From NCBI RefSeq assembly GCF_007741555.1, contig NZ_CP036526.1, forward strand, positions 6,559,719 to 6,623,718: a DNA stretch of 64,000 bases, given 5' to 3'. Position 1 is the first letter of the stretch, and every line of letters begins with the position of its first letter. The position numbers and the translations under genes are program-made. The stretch is from Stieleria marina. Its GTDB lineage: Bacteria; Planctomycetota; Planctomycetia; Pirellulales; Pirellulaceae. Positions 8,834 to 18,874 of the stretch are shown here, one piece after another. Under the pieces are notes generated by a model that worked only from the letters and a program-made list of their open reading frames with translations, did no database searches and had not been told where the DNA came from.

Positions 8834-10597
8834 CTAAGCGATCAACGACTGCTGGGTCCTTTTACGTCCGCAATGCCAACATCGCTGCCATCCTTTGCCG
8901 ACGCGCTGATGGCATCCGGAGCAGTTCCACGGTTGCCCGGCGGAAGCTTGGTATTGCCGAATTAGCTCCGCTGCTTTTCCAAAGTCTTGATTCGATACGA
9001 CGACGTCGACTTCTTCTTGTCCGTCGTCTGCGATGCCGACGGGATGCGTGTGCATAAAGCACGAAATGGATTGAGACTTGAGCAATTTCACAATCCGTTT
9101 GGCCTCTTTTGCAGATCGAAAAATCGCCATCGTGGAAAAAGCCTCCTTCGCTCCCGAAGGTTCGGCGGTCGGCATGGGCAGCATCACCATGCTGGAAGCG
9201 TCGGGAATCAAACTGGTCGGTGACCGGTTGGCAAACTCGGATGCCGCGGCAAAGGTCGCTTCCATCGGGAGCCATTGCGAGGGCGTTTCCTTTTCTTGCC
9301 GCGACGGATCGTCGTTGGGCAATAGCGACCGGCAGATCACTTGCCAGGCTTCATCTGGTGTCAATTGACGGTGGCGAACCTCTCGTAGAAAACGCCGCCC
9401 ATCAAAATCGCTTCCGAACAAAATCTCACCTGGTGTTTCAAGCTCCGCCCTTTGCAACCGAGACGCAATTTCGCGAAGCGTCGCAGCTTCTTTTTCAAGC
9501 AACACAATCTCAACGAAACGATCTTTCGACGCCATTTGCTCTTCGTGGATTCTGCCCTGCACATTCCTCAATCGAGCGCAAATTTCATCATCCACCGGTG
9601 ACTCGGTGCACTCGGCGTACACCCGCATGACATCAGGCTCTAGCTGAGTCAAAAAACGCTGATAGATTTTGAGCGACTCGTGATAATAACTGCCGTTGGG
9701 ATTCTCCAGTTCGTCAATTTCCCCTAACAGCACCACCGACGCCCACTTCTTTTCTTCGATTTGCTCCTGGAGAGCCGAGACGACTTTGCACAGACGTTCC
9801 CAGTCGCGTTTTTGAGACTCCGTGCCGTGGCGAACGGCCGCTTGACGACGAGCGTGTTTCAGTTGAACCAGCAGCGAACGGTAATGCTGTTGTTTTTCGT
9901 CGATCAGTTTTTTTAGATACTCCGGTGTCGACACCAAAAAGTCGTAGCTCTTTTTTGCGTCATCGTACCCGATCATCTTGGCGACCCAACGGTCCCAACG
10001 ACGCACCGCGCCGCGGCCTTGATATTCGGGAGTGCCGAACTTTTGCTCGGTCAGGTACTCGAACAGGCTTGATCGTTCGTAGGCGGGCAACTTGCGGCGC
10101 GCATCCGCTTCGATTCGTTCGTGCTGAGCCAAATAGCATTCAATGTCTCGGTCCAACGCTGCGATGTCGTCGATCCACTGCTTTACCAGCGGATCGTCTC
10201 GGAGCAACTTCTTGAAATTGCCTACTTTGCAAGAGAGCACCAACTTCGCCGCTTGCTGTTTTTCTTGAGCAGCAGTCAGCTGGTTCTCCAGTTCGCTCTG
10301 TTGAACCTGGTTGGCTGCCAATTCCGCGCGAAGCTGACGGCGTCGGTCTCGTTTCCGAAGCAGGATATCGCCAACCTCCCGTTTTACTTCTTGCCAAGCA
10401 TCGCGGAGACTTTGCTGCGTCAATTCTGGCAGATAGTGTTTCGCCAAATCGACGAACGTGTCCGTGCGTTCCTGAGTTAGTTTCTGAACACGCTGCGTTC
10501 CCGTTCGATTGGCTTCTCGAATACGACGAATCCGCTGATCGATGAGACCGAGTTCATCAGCAAGGTGGCGACAGAGATCCGACGGAGAAAGCGACAT
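8834..10597 (-). CDS. Hypothetical coiled-coil protein with a C-terminal DUF2007-like domain and a zinc ribbon (CSGCH...CWHCG)
   Basis: 587-aa ORF with an extensive predicted coiled coil (heptad-like, Q/E/R-rich). The C-terminus MAIFRSAKEAKRIVKLLKSQSISCFMH...VDVVVSNQDFGKAAELIRQY resembles DUF2007. It is followed by C-x2-C...C-x2-C (NCSGCHQRVGKGWQRCWHCG). Confidence 0.5.
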   Translation of the reverse strand: MSLSPSDLCRHLADELGLIDQRIRRIREANRTGTQRVQKLTQERTDTFVDLAKHYLPELTQQSLRDAWQEVKREVGDILLRKRDRRRQLRAELAANQVQQSELENQLTAAQEKQQAAKLVLSCKVGNFKKLLRDDPLVKQWIDDIAALDRDIECYLAQHERIEADARRKLPAYERSSLFEYLTEQKFGTPEYQGRGAVRRWDRWVAKMIGYDDAKKSYDFLVSTPEYLKKLIDEKQQHYRSLLVQLKHARRQAAVRHGTESQKRDWERLCKVVSALQEQIEEKKWASVVLLGEIDELENPNGSYYHESLKIYQRFLTQLEPDVMRVYAECTESPVDDEICARLRNVQGRIHEEQMASKDRFVEIVLLEKEAATLREIASRLQRAELETPGEILFGSDFDGRRFLREVRHRQLTPDEAWQVICRSLLPNDDPSRQEKETPSQWLPMEATFAAASEFANRSPTSLIPDASSMVMLPMPTAEPSGAKEAFSTMAIFRSAKEAKRIVKLLKSQSISCFMHTHPVGIADDGQEEVDVVVSNQDFGKAAELIRQYQASAGQPWNCSGCHQRVGKGWQRCWHCGRKRTQQSLIA

Positions 10598-10769
10598 AAC
10601 AAACTTCGATTCAGGGTCGAGGCAATCGGAATACGGTCAAACACTGCGAGTCCAAGCGCGATGGTGAACCCTGCAAAGCGACACGCCTCTGATCTTAGGC
10701 CAGGTTTCAGGTTAAGACCGGAAGGATACCAGATCACCCCAGGTAGTCGTGGCGTACGAAACTTCGCGA

Positions 10770-10804
10770 GGCATGCCATAACCTGCGCGCGGCATGCCGT
10801 AACC
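10770..10804. promoter_or_regulatory. Two copies of the 8-bp palindrome GGCATGCC (within 14-bp direct repeats GGCATGCCRTAACC) spaced 21 bp apart, upstream of the 587-aa coiled-coil/Zn-ribbon gene
   Basis: ggcatgccataacc at 10770-10783 and ggcatgccgtaacc at 10791-10804. Candidate binding site for a dimeric regulator. Confidence 0.25.
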
Positions 10805-10811
10805 CACTGGC

Positions 10812-11780
10812 CTACTGTACAGACCGACCGTCGAGCACGATTCGCTGGACGTTGCCATTGGCGTCCCCCACGGCGACAGTTTGCGAGTCTGATTTCCCGC
10901 CAGATAGCCCAACTGGCGATACACACACCGCATTGATCCAAGTGTCGCTGACCGCGATATCAGCGACCACTTCGGCCGACTCCGGATCGATCATTCGCAG
11001 GTGACCGTCAGTACAGCCCGCGACAATTTCGGAACCACTACCGATCCAAGTCACACCGAGCGGCACGGCAGGCAAGCGGGCGAAGCGGACCATCCGGCCA
11101 ATCGTTGGCTGCCAAAATCGAATCGTGCGATCTTCACTGCTTGACGCCACCATGGGCAATGCCTGAGTTCCCGGGCGAACCGACAAGTGTGACACCGGGG
11201 CGGTATGAATGTTCATGCCATGAACGAGCTTCCCCGCCGAATTCTTCCAAAGCCGCAAGCTTTGATCGATACCGGCGCTAACCAATTGGTCAGAACCGCT
11301 AAGAGCCACTATGGCGCGCACACCACGTGAGTGTCCATTCATTCGATGAACGATCGTTCCGCTGGGAACATCGTAAATCGCCACGTCATTATCCAGGCTG
11401 GCAGTGGTGAGCTGTGTTTCACTGAGCCACGCAATCGACATCACACTGTCGCGATGGTGACTTACGACTTTCTGCGATTCACCGCTTGGCCAAGAAAACA
11501 ATTCCACCGTGCCTTCCTCCGAAGGTGTTCCACCAGCAACCGCCAGAACATCGCCCTGCGGCGAGAAAGCTGCTGCGTGCAAATTAGGCGACGTCGCATG
11601 GAAAACACGTCGAAGTTTCAAGCTTGGCCAATCCAAGAGCGAAACGCCTGCCTGCGAACAGGCCACCAGTGTCTTACCGTCGGGCGAAAACGTGAGCGAC
11701 GCTATCGGTGGATCGGCGGCAGCGGATGTCAAGGTAAAGGCCGTCAGTAAAAAGCCGATCAGAACTTTTACGCTGCGCAT
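10812..11780 (-). CDS. Secreted WD40 repeat (beta-propeller) protein
   Basis: Signal peptide MRSVKVLIGFLLTAFTLTSAAA. Repeated WD-like units (...SPDGKTLVACS..., AFSPQGDVLAVAGG, ...IYDVPSGTIVHRMNGH..., LRLWKNSAGKLVHGMNIH..., IRFWQPTIGRMV). Confidence 0.75.
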   Translation of the reverse strand: MRSVKVLIGFLLTAFTLTSAAADPPIASLTFSPDGKTLVACSQAGVSLLDWPSLKLRRVFHATSPNLHAAAFSPQGDVLAVAGGTPSEEGTVELFSWPSGESQKVVSHHRDSVMSIAWLSETQLTTASLDNDVAIYDVPSGTIVHRMNGHSRGVRAIVALSGSDQLVSAGIDQSLRLWKNSAGKLVHGMNIHTAPVSHLSVRPGTQALPMVASSSEDRTIRFWQPTIGRMVRFARLPAVPLGVTWIGSGSEIVAGCTDGHLRMIDPESAEVVADIAVSDTWINAVCVSPVGLSGGKSDSQTVAVGDANGNVQRIVLDGRSVQ

Positions 11781-11820
11781 GAAAACCTCCGTGCCATCGA
11801 TTTGGATTCAACCGAATGGG

Positions 11821-13209
11821 TCAAGCGATCAGTTCCTTCACGATACGTGCACCATCTGGCGAAACTCTGACCGGACGACCATCCCGTGTGTGCAGTTCCA
11901 ACGAAGGATCGACTCCCAAGAGAGTGTAAATCGTGGCGGCCAAATCACTTGGTGTGACGGCCTTGTCTTTGGCATATTCGCCCATCGCGTCACTGCTGCC
12001 ATACACTTGACCGCCCCGAATCCCACCGCCCGCCAATGCAACGCTAAAAGCATTGGGCCAGTGATCGCGACCACCGGTGGCGTTGATCTTCGGCGTGCGT
12101 CCAAACTCGCCCATCACAACGACAAGGGTTTCGTCCAGCATGCCTCGATCAGACAGGTCACCGACCAAGGCTGCAAAAGCACGGTCCAGTGAAGGCAGAT
12201 TGGCATGATGGTCGCCCGGGTAACGAGACTTTAAATTTCGGATGTCCTTGTGCGTGTCCCAGCCATTATTAAAAACGGTGACAAATGGCACGCCTCTCTG
12301 AACCAGTCGGCGAGCCAGCAAACAACTTTGCCCAATGCTGTTTCCGGCTCCGCGTCCGTATCGGTTGCGAACATGATCCGGTTCGCGCGAAAGGTCAAAG
12401 GCACGCTTCGCTTCTGGCGACGCGATCAAATTGTAGGCACGCTCCAAATCCGGATCCGACGTGGTGTCCGCCGACGCATCCTTGGTTCGGGAAAATCGGT
12501 CCAAGGCCGCGACCACTTGGCGCCGACGATCCAACCGCTGCAAATCCAGCCCCTGATAGAAATCCAAGTCTCGCACTTGAAAGTCCGGTTTATCAGGGTT
12601 TCCTCCGACCTCGAACGGAGCCGTCGCGGATGGCAAAAATCCGTTGCCGCTAATGTTCCCGGTAAACCGCGGAACAGCGATGCTGGGTGGCAAAATAGCG
12701 GCGGCCAAATCCGGAGTGGCCCGGTCTTGCGCAGCCGTACCCTGAACTGCCCGCACACTGGCTAACGTGGATCCGAACGTTGGATACGCCAGCGCAGCAG
12801 TAGGCTTGTACCCTGTCATCAAGTAGTGAGTGCCAAAATTGTGCTCGCCCAGCGGAGAAGTCATCGAGCGAACGACGGCAATTTTGTCCATCATTTGGGC
12901 GGTTTGTGGCAAGCATTCTCCGATGCGAACCCCCGCCAGATTGGTCGCGATCGTCGACAGTGGCCCACGCACTTCTTCCGGAGCATCCGGCTTCGGGTCG
13001 AACGATTCCAAGTGGCTAGGACCACCATCAAGCCAGATCAAAATGCATGACTTCGCTTTAGCCGCTGACAAGGTTTCCGCCGCCAACGTTTCCGCCGCCA
13101 GACTTCGCTGAATCGCAAACCAATTGCCCAGACCGATCCCCAAAGCCGACAAACCACCTACGCGGACTACGTCGCGGCGATTGAATCCGTCACATCGTTT
13201 CGTTTTCAT
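11821..13209 (-). CDS. DUF1501 domain protein (sulfatase-like, Tat-type signal)
   Basis: N-terminal RRDVVRVGGLSALGIGLG is Tat-like. The body matches the DUF1501 family (ILIWLDGGPSHLESFDPKP..., GRTPKINATGGRDHWP). It sits immediately downstream of a DUF1549/DUF1553 gene, as usual in Planctomycetes. Confidence 0.75.
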   Translation of the reverse strand: MKTKRCDGFNRRDVVRVGGLSALGIGLGNWFAIQRSLAAETLAAETLSAAKAKSCILIWLDGGPSHLESFDPKPDAPEEVRGPLSTIATNLAGVRIGECLPQTAQMMDKIAVVRSMTSPLGEHNFGTHYLMTGYKPTAALAYPTFGSTLASVRAVQGTAAQDRATPDLAAAILPPSIAVPRFTGNISGNGFLPSATAPFEVGGNPDKPDFQVRDLDFYQGLDLQRLDRRRQVVAALDRFSRTKDASADTTSDPDLERAYNLIASPEAKRAFDLSREPDHVRNRYGRGAGNSIGQSCLLARRLVQRGVPFVTVFNNGWDTHKDIRNLKSRYPGDHHANLPSLDRAFAALVGDLSDRGMLDETLVVVMGEFGRTPKINATGGRDHWPNAFSVALAGGGIRGGQVYGSSDAMGEYAKDKAVTPSDLAATIYTLLGVDPSLELHTRDGRPVRVSPDGARIVKELIA

Positions 13210-13229
13210 CGTGACTCCCCTTTATCGCT

Positions 13230-15377
13230 TCAGTGATTGGTTGCAAATTCTTCACACACAAGGATTCCCCAGACGAAGTCCTCCAAGAAAGCAGATCGCT
13301 CTTTGGTTGTCGTCAACTGGCTCAGCAAGCTGTTCCAATGCATTTCTTCTTTTGCCGTCGGTCGCCGCCCCAGCGCCACTTGATAGAAGCCGTCGACAAT
13401 CTGCCAAGGTGTTTTCCCCGCATCGATCCAACGTCGAAGACGCCCGTTTGGGGCAGCGATTCTCGCGTTCAAGAAATCACCGTTGAACAGATGCAGTTTT
13501 TGAGGCAGTGCCCCGGTCGTCGAAATCGTTTCGCAGGACATCTCCCTGCCACAACGCCCTAGTACATCGAGACTTCGCGACGGCGTTTTGGGATCGATGA
13601 GCGAGATGGCGCGGGTGCCTTTGGCCTGGTCACCGTATTGATCTGGCACCCCCAGCGTATCCGAAATCACATCTGCCAATACTTCGGGCTCCATCGGACG
13701 CCTGATCGCGTGCGAATAAAACTGTTCGTCGGCCATGTTCCATTCGTTAGTGTTGGAACTTCTCGCATACGCATCGCTCCTGGCGATAACGCTCAGAGTG
13801 TGGCGAAGGCTGTATTGGTGCGACACAAAATCGTTGGCCAGCTGATCCAGCAGTGCAGGATGCGTCGCGGGGTTGGTGTCGCGAAAGTCATCGACGGGTT
13901 CAACGAGTCCACGCCCCATCATGTGGCTCCACAGTCGGTTCACAACTGCTTTGGCAAAGAAGGGATTTTGTGAATCGGTGGCCCATTTAGCCAATGCGTC
14001 ACGGCCATCGACAACGTTCGTTGCAAGGTCATGTTCGCCAGGAATCCGCTGCACCGCTGGCAAGCCCGTCAGCGGATGGATCACTTCGCCGGCAGGTTTG
14101 TCGCGAACGATTTTCCCTGGTTCAACTTTTGCAAAAATTGCCGCCAATCCGTGGTAGTCATCCTGCGTCCAACGATCCAAAGGATGGTTGTGGCAATTCG
14201 CACATCGAAGCCGACTACCTAAGAACAACTCGCTAAAAAACTCAGCTTGCTCACGCGGCCCACCAACGGTTCGATAAAAATTGGCAGGCCCGTTCTGGTG
14301 GGAGTCGCCGGTCGCAGTAATCAACTCAGTTGCAATTTGTTTGTAGCTTGCATCGCCAGCAACCTTATTAGCTAACCAGCGGTAATAGGTCCTTGCATTG
14401 ACGCGATCATTCAGCTGAGGACGGACACGAAGCAACTTGACCAACCAATAGGTCCAGTATTGGGTGAATTGATCGGACTGCAGCAATTGGTCAATTAACT
14501 CATCCCGATTCAGTTTCGCACCGACGCCTTGGGTTGCCGGCAGCCGGCCCGTCAAATCCAACGTCACACGCCGTCGAAAGGCATCATCATCCGCGATTCG
14601 CGACGGAGGTAAGCGAAGTACCTGAAGGGTCGCATTAATCTCGTGGTCGATGAAGTGATTCGATGTGCCAGCGATACTTTGGACATCAACATCGGTCAGC
14701 GGAACGATGATCTCGATCGGAATCACTTTGCTCAAGTAGCGTGCGACGATGACGTGACGGCCGGGACGCTGGATCGTTGCTCTTGCCGTTTTGACGTCAA
14801 CAACCACTGCCAACGGATCTTCTGCCGCAAAGACCGTCCACTTGGTGACGTCCAACTGCGAACCAGCGGAAAAATGTGCGACGGCCCGCAGGTCAATCGA
14901 CTCTCCGATTGCATTGGCAATGTACTTCTGCGGAAAAATCTGGACTCGCGTCAAACGGTTCACCGATTGGTACGGAGCGCCTTGCACGATCCAATCGGTC
15001 AACCGCTTAGCACTCTCGCTGTCCAAATCAAAAACCTGTCCGCCCCCATGTTCGGTTTGCTCCGTCGGCTTGCGGACGACCAGGCTCTCGCGGGGTTGCG
15101 CCAAATTGACTCGCCGACCGTGCAACTGCCGAACCATGGCAATGTGGTCTGCTTTGGGATTGCTGCCATAAAGCGACAGCTTGAATTCGCCCCGACCGAT
15201 CGCCGCGCCATGGCAGGCCCCCGCATTGCAGCCGTTTTTTGTTAGCAGAGGGATAATGTTGTTTACAAAATCGACTCGCTGGACGCTGGTGCCATCATTT
15301 GCAGACGAAAACGAAGTCCCCAACAAATTCGGCAGGGACATGGCCAGCAAAACGGCGACGACAACCTCGTATTTCAT
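13230..15377 (-). CDS. DUF1549/DUF1553 (PSCyt/PSD) domain protein
   Basis: Signal peptide from MKYEVVVAVLLAMSL. An N-terminal CNAGACHG motif (PSCyt-like), a CANCHNHPLDRW motif (DUF1549) and a C-terminal DUF1553-like region. Start chosen at the ATG at 15377. Confidence 0.75.
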   Translation of the reverse strand: MKYEVVVAVLLAMSLPNLLGTSFSSANDGTSVQRVDFVNNIIPLLTKNGCNAGACHGAAIGRGEFKLSLYGSNPKADHIAMVRQLHGRRVNLAQPRESLVVRKPTEQTEHGGGQVFDLDSESAKRLTDWIVQGAPYQSVNRLTRVQIFPQKYIANAIGESIDLRAVAHFSAGSQLDVTKWTVFAAEDPLAVVVDVKTARATIQRPGRHVIVARYLSKVIPIEIIVPLTDVDVQSIAGTSNHFIDHEINATLQVLRLPPSRIADDDAFRRRVTLDLTGRLPATQGVGAKLNRDELIDQLLQSDQFTQYWTYWLVKLLRVRPQLNDRVNARTYYRWLANKVAGDASYKQIATELITATGDSHQNGPANFYRTVGGPREQAEFFSELFLGSRLRCANCHNHPLDRWTQDDYHGLAAIFAKVEPGKIVRDKPAGEVIHPLTGLPAVQRIPGEHDLATNVVDGRDALAKWATDSQNPFFAKAVVNRLWSHMMGRGLVEPVDDFRDTNPATHPALLDQLANDFVSHQYSLRHTLSVIARSDAYARSSNTNEWNMADEQFYSHAIRRPMEPEVLADVISDTLGVPDQYGDQAKGTRAISLIDPKTPSRSLDVLGRCGREMSCETISTTGALPQKLHLFNGDFLNARIAAPNGRLRRWIDAGKTPWQIVDGFYQVALGRRPTAKEEMHWNSLLSQLTTTKERSAFLEDFVWGILVCEEFATNH

Positions 15378-15480
15378 GTCGTTAATGTAAATGATCGATC
15401 GGCTGCCCGGTTGAAATTTTGCCGTGATCAACCATAGTCGACAGCTTATTGCCGTTTACAGAGAGCCTCAGAATTCCGCG

Positions 15481-16548
15481 ATGAACCAGCCTACCGACAT
15501 CCCCGTCACCGACGACCTACGAATCACCGCTGTCAAACAACTTGCGCGGCCAGAAGAACTGACGACCGAAATTCCCATAACCGGGCCAATTGCTGAAGTC
15601 GTCGCAGGTGGTCGCGAAGGAATCCAGAAGGTGCTCCGCCACGAAGATGACCGCTTGGTCGTCGTCGTCGGCCCTTGTTCGATCCACGATCCCGAGGCGG
15701 CAATTGACTACGCAAAACGTCTGGCGAAAGCAAAAGACCAGTATCAAGAAAATTTGTTGATCGTGATGCGGGTCTACTTCGAAAAACCTCGTACAACCGT
15801 CGGCTGGAAAGGTTTGATCAACGATCCGGGCCTGGATGATAGTTTCGAGATCAATACGGGACTGCGGATCGCTCGCCAATTGTTGTGCGACATCAACGCG
15901 TTGGGATTGCCAGCCGGCACCGAGTTTTTGGATTTGATCAGCCCGCAATATGTCGCTGACTTAGTTGGATGGGGCGCGATTGGCGCACGTACGACCGAAA
16001 GCCAAGGGCACCGCGAATTGGCTTCGGGTCTCTCTTGCCCGGTTGGTTTCAAGAATGGCACCAGCGGCAACGTTCAGATCGCGGTCGACGCAATCGGTTC
16101 GGCCAGTCGCCCGCACCACTTTTTGTCCGTGACCAAAGAAGGGCGTTCGGCCATTTTTGCCACCGCAGGGAACCAGGATTGCCACATCATCATGCGTGGC
16201 GGCGCCCATACCAACTACGACGCCGCAAGCATCGATGCCGCTTCAGCGATTTTGGAGAAAGCCAAAATTGATCCGCGAATCATGATCGATTGCAGCCATG
16301 CCAACAGCCGAAAGCTCTCCAGGCGTCAACGCTACGTTTGTCGCGACATTTGCAGCCAACTTGGCGAAGGCGATAAACGCATCATGGGCGTCATGATCGA
16401 AAGTAATTTGGTCGAAGGGAATCAGAAACTTAGCGACGACAACTTGGTCCGCGGCAAAAGCATCACCGACGCTTGCATCGGCTGGGACGAAACCGAGTTG
16501 ATCTTGCAAGATTTGAGCGACGCAGTGGAAGCACGCAGAGCATCGTAA
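15481..16548 (+). CDS. aroG: 3-deoxy-7-phosphoheptulonate (DAHP) synthase, class I (AroG/AroF/AroH type)
   Basis: Conserved class I motifs (GPCSIHDPEAAIDYA, YFEKPRTTVGWKGLINDP, CPVGFKNGTSG, IMIDCSHANS). The isozyme is not assignable. Start set at MNQPTD. Confidence 0.85.
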   Translation: MNQPTDIPVTDDLRITAVKQLARPEELTTEIPITGPIAEVVAGGREGIQKVLRHEDDRLVVVVGPCSIHDPEAAIDYAKRLAKAKDQYQENLLIVMRVYFEKPRTTVGWKGLINDPGLDDSFEINTGLRIARQLLCDINALGLPAGTEFLDLISPQYVADLVGWGAIGARTTESQGHRELASGLSCPVGFKNGTSGNVQIAVDAIGSASRPHHFLSVTKEGRSAIFATAGNQDCHIIMRGGAHTNYDAASIDAASAILEKAKIDPRIMIDCSHANSRKLSRRQRYVCRDICSQLGEGDKRIMGVMIESNLVEGNQKLSDDNLVRGKSITDACIGWDETELILQDLSDAVEARRAS

Positions 16549-16885
16549 CCATCTGATCGGCAGTTGCCCGACTCTATTGCGCCACACAAATCGACGCGCC
16601 GTACGTGAAGTAGCTTGAAAATTCGGCAAGTCGGGCGGACGACTGATATGTTTAACAGCGGTGCAATCGCCTCGCGACCAGATCGACGCTAAAATTGACC
16701 GAAAGTACTTGGCGGTACTGATCTCCGACGGGTACTGATACCATGCGCCGCCGACCGATCCATCCTGGTGCCGTTGCTTGACGTCATTGGGATTCGTATT
16801 TTCTGTCTTTGACGTGCAGCCCTATCCCATGACTGATCGCTTTCTTTCGCCGCGCCGCAAACGGCTGATCGCGTTAGATCGGCAT

Positions 16886-18874
16886 ATGAAACGGGTGGCT
16901 GTGGTTTTGCTGGCGATGATTCTGGGTTGCCAGAAACTTGCCCAAGACGCTCCCGAGGATACCGCTCAGCAGCGGACATCCACGTCCGACGTCACGAACG
17001 ATTCGTCAAAAGCAGCGCCGGTTCAGACGGACGCGCGCGAGTCCGTTTCAATGAAACAGGTCAAGTCAGATGCGCCGACCAAACCGCAATGGATTGGATC
17101 AGAGTCTTGCCGTGAATGCCACACTGATCGACACGAAAGCTACCAGCAATCGCACCACAGTCGATCGCTCACTGCCGTTGATGCCAGTACGGAAAAGCTA
17201 GACGACAAAATCCTACACGAACGTAGCCATCGGAAGTATGAAGTCACTAAGCGAGGTGACACAGTTTGGCACATCGAAAAACTGTTGGAGCGATCGGGCG
17301 ACTCGACGGAACCGTTGACGCTCTCGGAGTTTCCGATTCGCTACGTGATGGGAAGCGGCAAATTTGCTAAAGGATACCTCGTCGCTGACGACGACTATTT
17401 GCTGCAATCGCCTCTGACTTGGTACGCAAAAAGCCAGCAGTACGGCATGTCGCCCGGTTATGACACGCCAATGCACGGAAGTTTTTCGCGAGCGATTACC
17501 GATCAGTGCTTGTTCTGTCACGCAGGCCACGTCGAACGCCGCGACAACAACCCACACCACTTTACAATCCACGAATTGGCAATTGGCTGTGAACGCTGTC
17601 ACGGCGCAGGCGGTGATCACGTCAAACACTACGAATCGCTGGCCGGAAAAGAATTGCCGTCGCAGACACCGCCAGCAAACGCGTCAATGATCAATCCAAC
17701 CAAGCTTTCTCGCGAAGCAGTGCAATCGCTTTGCGCGCAATGTCATCGGCAAGGCGTCGCGCCGGTCAGCGCACCTGGCAAGCAAGACTGGGACTTTCAA
17801 CCCGGCCAAGATTTTGCCGCCGTCAAATTCAACTACGACCTAATCAAAACCGATCCGCCAACCAATGAATTTGTAGGGCACTTCGCACAGTTGGGTGAAA
17901 GCAAGTGTTACCAACAGTCGCAAATGACCTGCATCACTTGCCACTCACCACACCAACACACCAGCGGCGACGCGCTGCACAATCTCCATCGCCAGCAGTG
18001 CAATTCGTGCCACCAATCAGAAGACCAAAGCTGTTCTCTGGAACTGCAAACACGAATCGACCAAGCACAGAACCGTTGCGTTTCGTGCCATATGCCCAAA
18101 CGCGACAGTAGCGTGCCGCACACGTCGACAACCGATCATCGAATTGCAGTTCATAATTCGGTGGCCCATCGTCCTCCCAATGGCGCCCCCGAAGCAGAGC
18201 CAACGCTCCTTAAAAAACCGGTCGTCTATCCACTCCAGGACGTACCGGAGTCGATGACACAGCAGCAGGCAGATCGGATGCGTGCCTTGGGCCTGTTCGG
18301 TTTGTTTCGGATGAATGTTGGCAATCCAAACATGGAATCGCTATTCAACGATGCAAACCGCGCGTTGACTCAGATCGCCAGTAGTGGCCAAGGTGACGAG
18401 GCCGTTTTTGCCGCGATGGCTTCGCTGACGCAGATACAATCACAAATGTCAGTTGCGAACCGAACCGAAGCTGCCCAGAAACACGAGTATGCCATGCGTT
18501 GTGCGCAAGAAGCCATCCGGTTGAATGAACTTGCCCCCGGCGGATCACACCCCACCGAAAGCCTGGGTGATGCGATGGAAGTTGCAGGCAAGTATTTCTC
18601 CAGCATCGGGCAGCACCAGCTAGCAGCCAGAGTTTTCCAGGACCTGACAGCAATTCGTCGCCGCAAATACGACTGGGCAACTCTGGGGCTCAGTCTCGGG
18701 AAGATCGGCGACAACGTCGGCGCGGCGAAAGCTCTTCGTCAAGCGATCCACATCCACGCGGGTGACCCGGACGTGTACGAGATACTTGCCATTGTATTGA
18801 AGTCGACTGATCCGACTGAGGCAGAGCGCCTGAATCGAATTGCCGCTCGATTGCGAGAAGCCGCCAAGCCCTAA
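16886..18874 (+). CDS. Multihaem c-type cytochrome lipoprotein (7 CxxCH motifs) with C-terminal TPR-like repeats
   Basis: Lipoprotein-like signal MKRVAVVLLAMILGC. Seven haem-binding motifs: CRECH, CLFCH, CERCH, CAQCH, CITCH, CNSCH, CVSCH. The C-terminal ~200 aa are helical repeats (TPR-like). Start set at the ATG at 16886. Confidence 0.75.
   Translation: MKRVAVVLLAMILGCQKLAQDAPEDTAQQRTSTSDVTNDSSKAAPVQTDARESVSMKQVKSDAPTKPQWIGSESCRECHTDRHESYQQSHHSRSLTAVDASTEKLDDKILHERSHRKYEVTKRGDTVWHIEKLLERSGDSTEPLTLSEFPIRYVMGSGKFAKGYLVADDDYLLQSPLTWYAKSQQYGMSPGYDTPMHGSFSRAITDQCLFCHAGHVERRDNNPHHFTIHELAIGCERCHGAGGDHVKHYESLAGKELPSQTPPANASMINPTKLSREAVQSLCAQCHRQGVAPVSAPGKQDWDFQPGQDFAAVKFNYDLIKTDPPTNEFVGHFAQLGESKCYQQSQMTCITCHSPHQHTSGDALHNLHRQQCNSCHQSEDQSCSLELQTRIDQAQNRCVSCHMPKRDSSVPHTSTTDHRIAVHNSVAHRPPNGAPEAEPTLLKKPVVYPLQDVPESMTQQQADRMRALGLFGLFRMNVGNPNMESLFNDANRALTQIASSGQGDEAVFAAMASLTQIQSQMSVANRTEAAQKHEYAMRCAQEAIRLNELAPGGSHPTESLGDAMEVAGKYFSSIGQHQLAARVFQDLTAIRRRKYDWATLGLSLGKIGDNVGAAKALRQAIHIHAGDPDVYEILAIVLKSTDPTEAERLNRIAARLREAAKP

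Noticed and set aside
9078-9630. Several 90-170-aa plus-strand ORFs inside the 587-aa minus-strand gene, and similar antisense ORFs inside dnaE, the AAA ATPase and the large TPR genes
   Set aside because: These are typical high-GC antisense open frames. They have no domain signatures, are fully nested in well-supported genes, and are biased to Arg/Ser/Ala.
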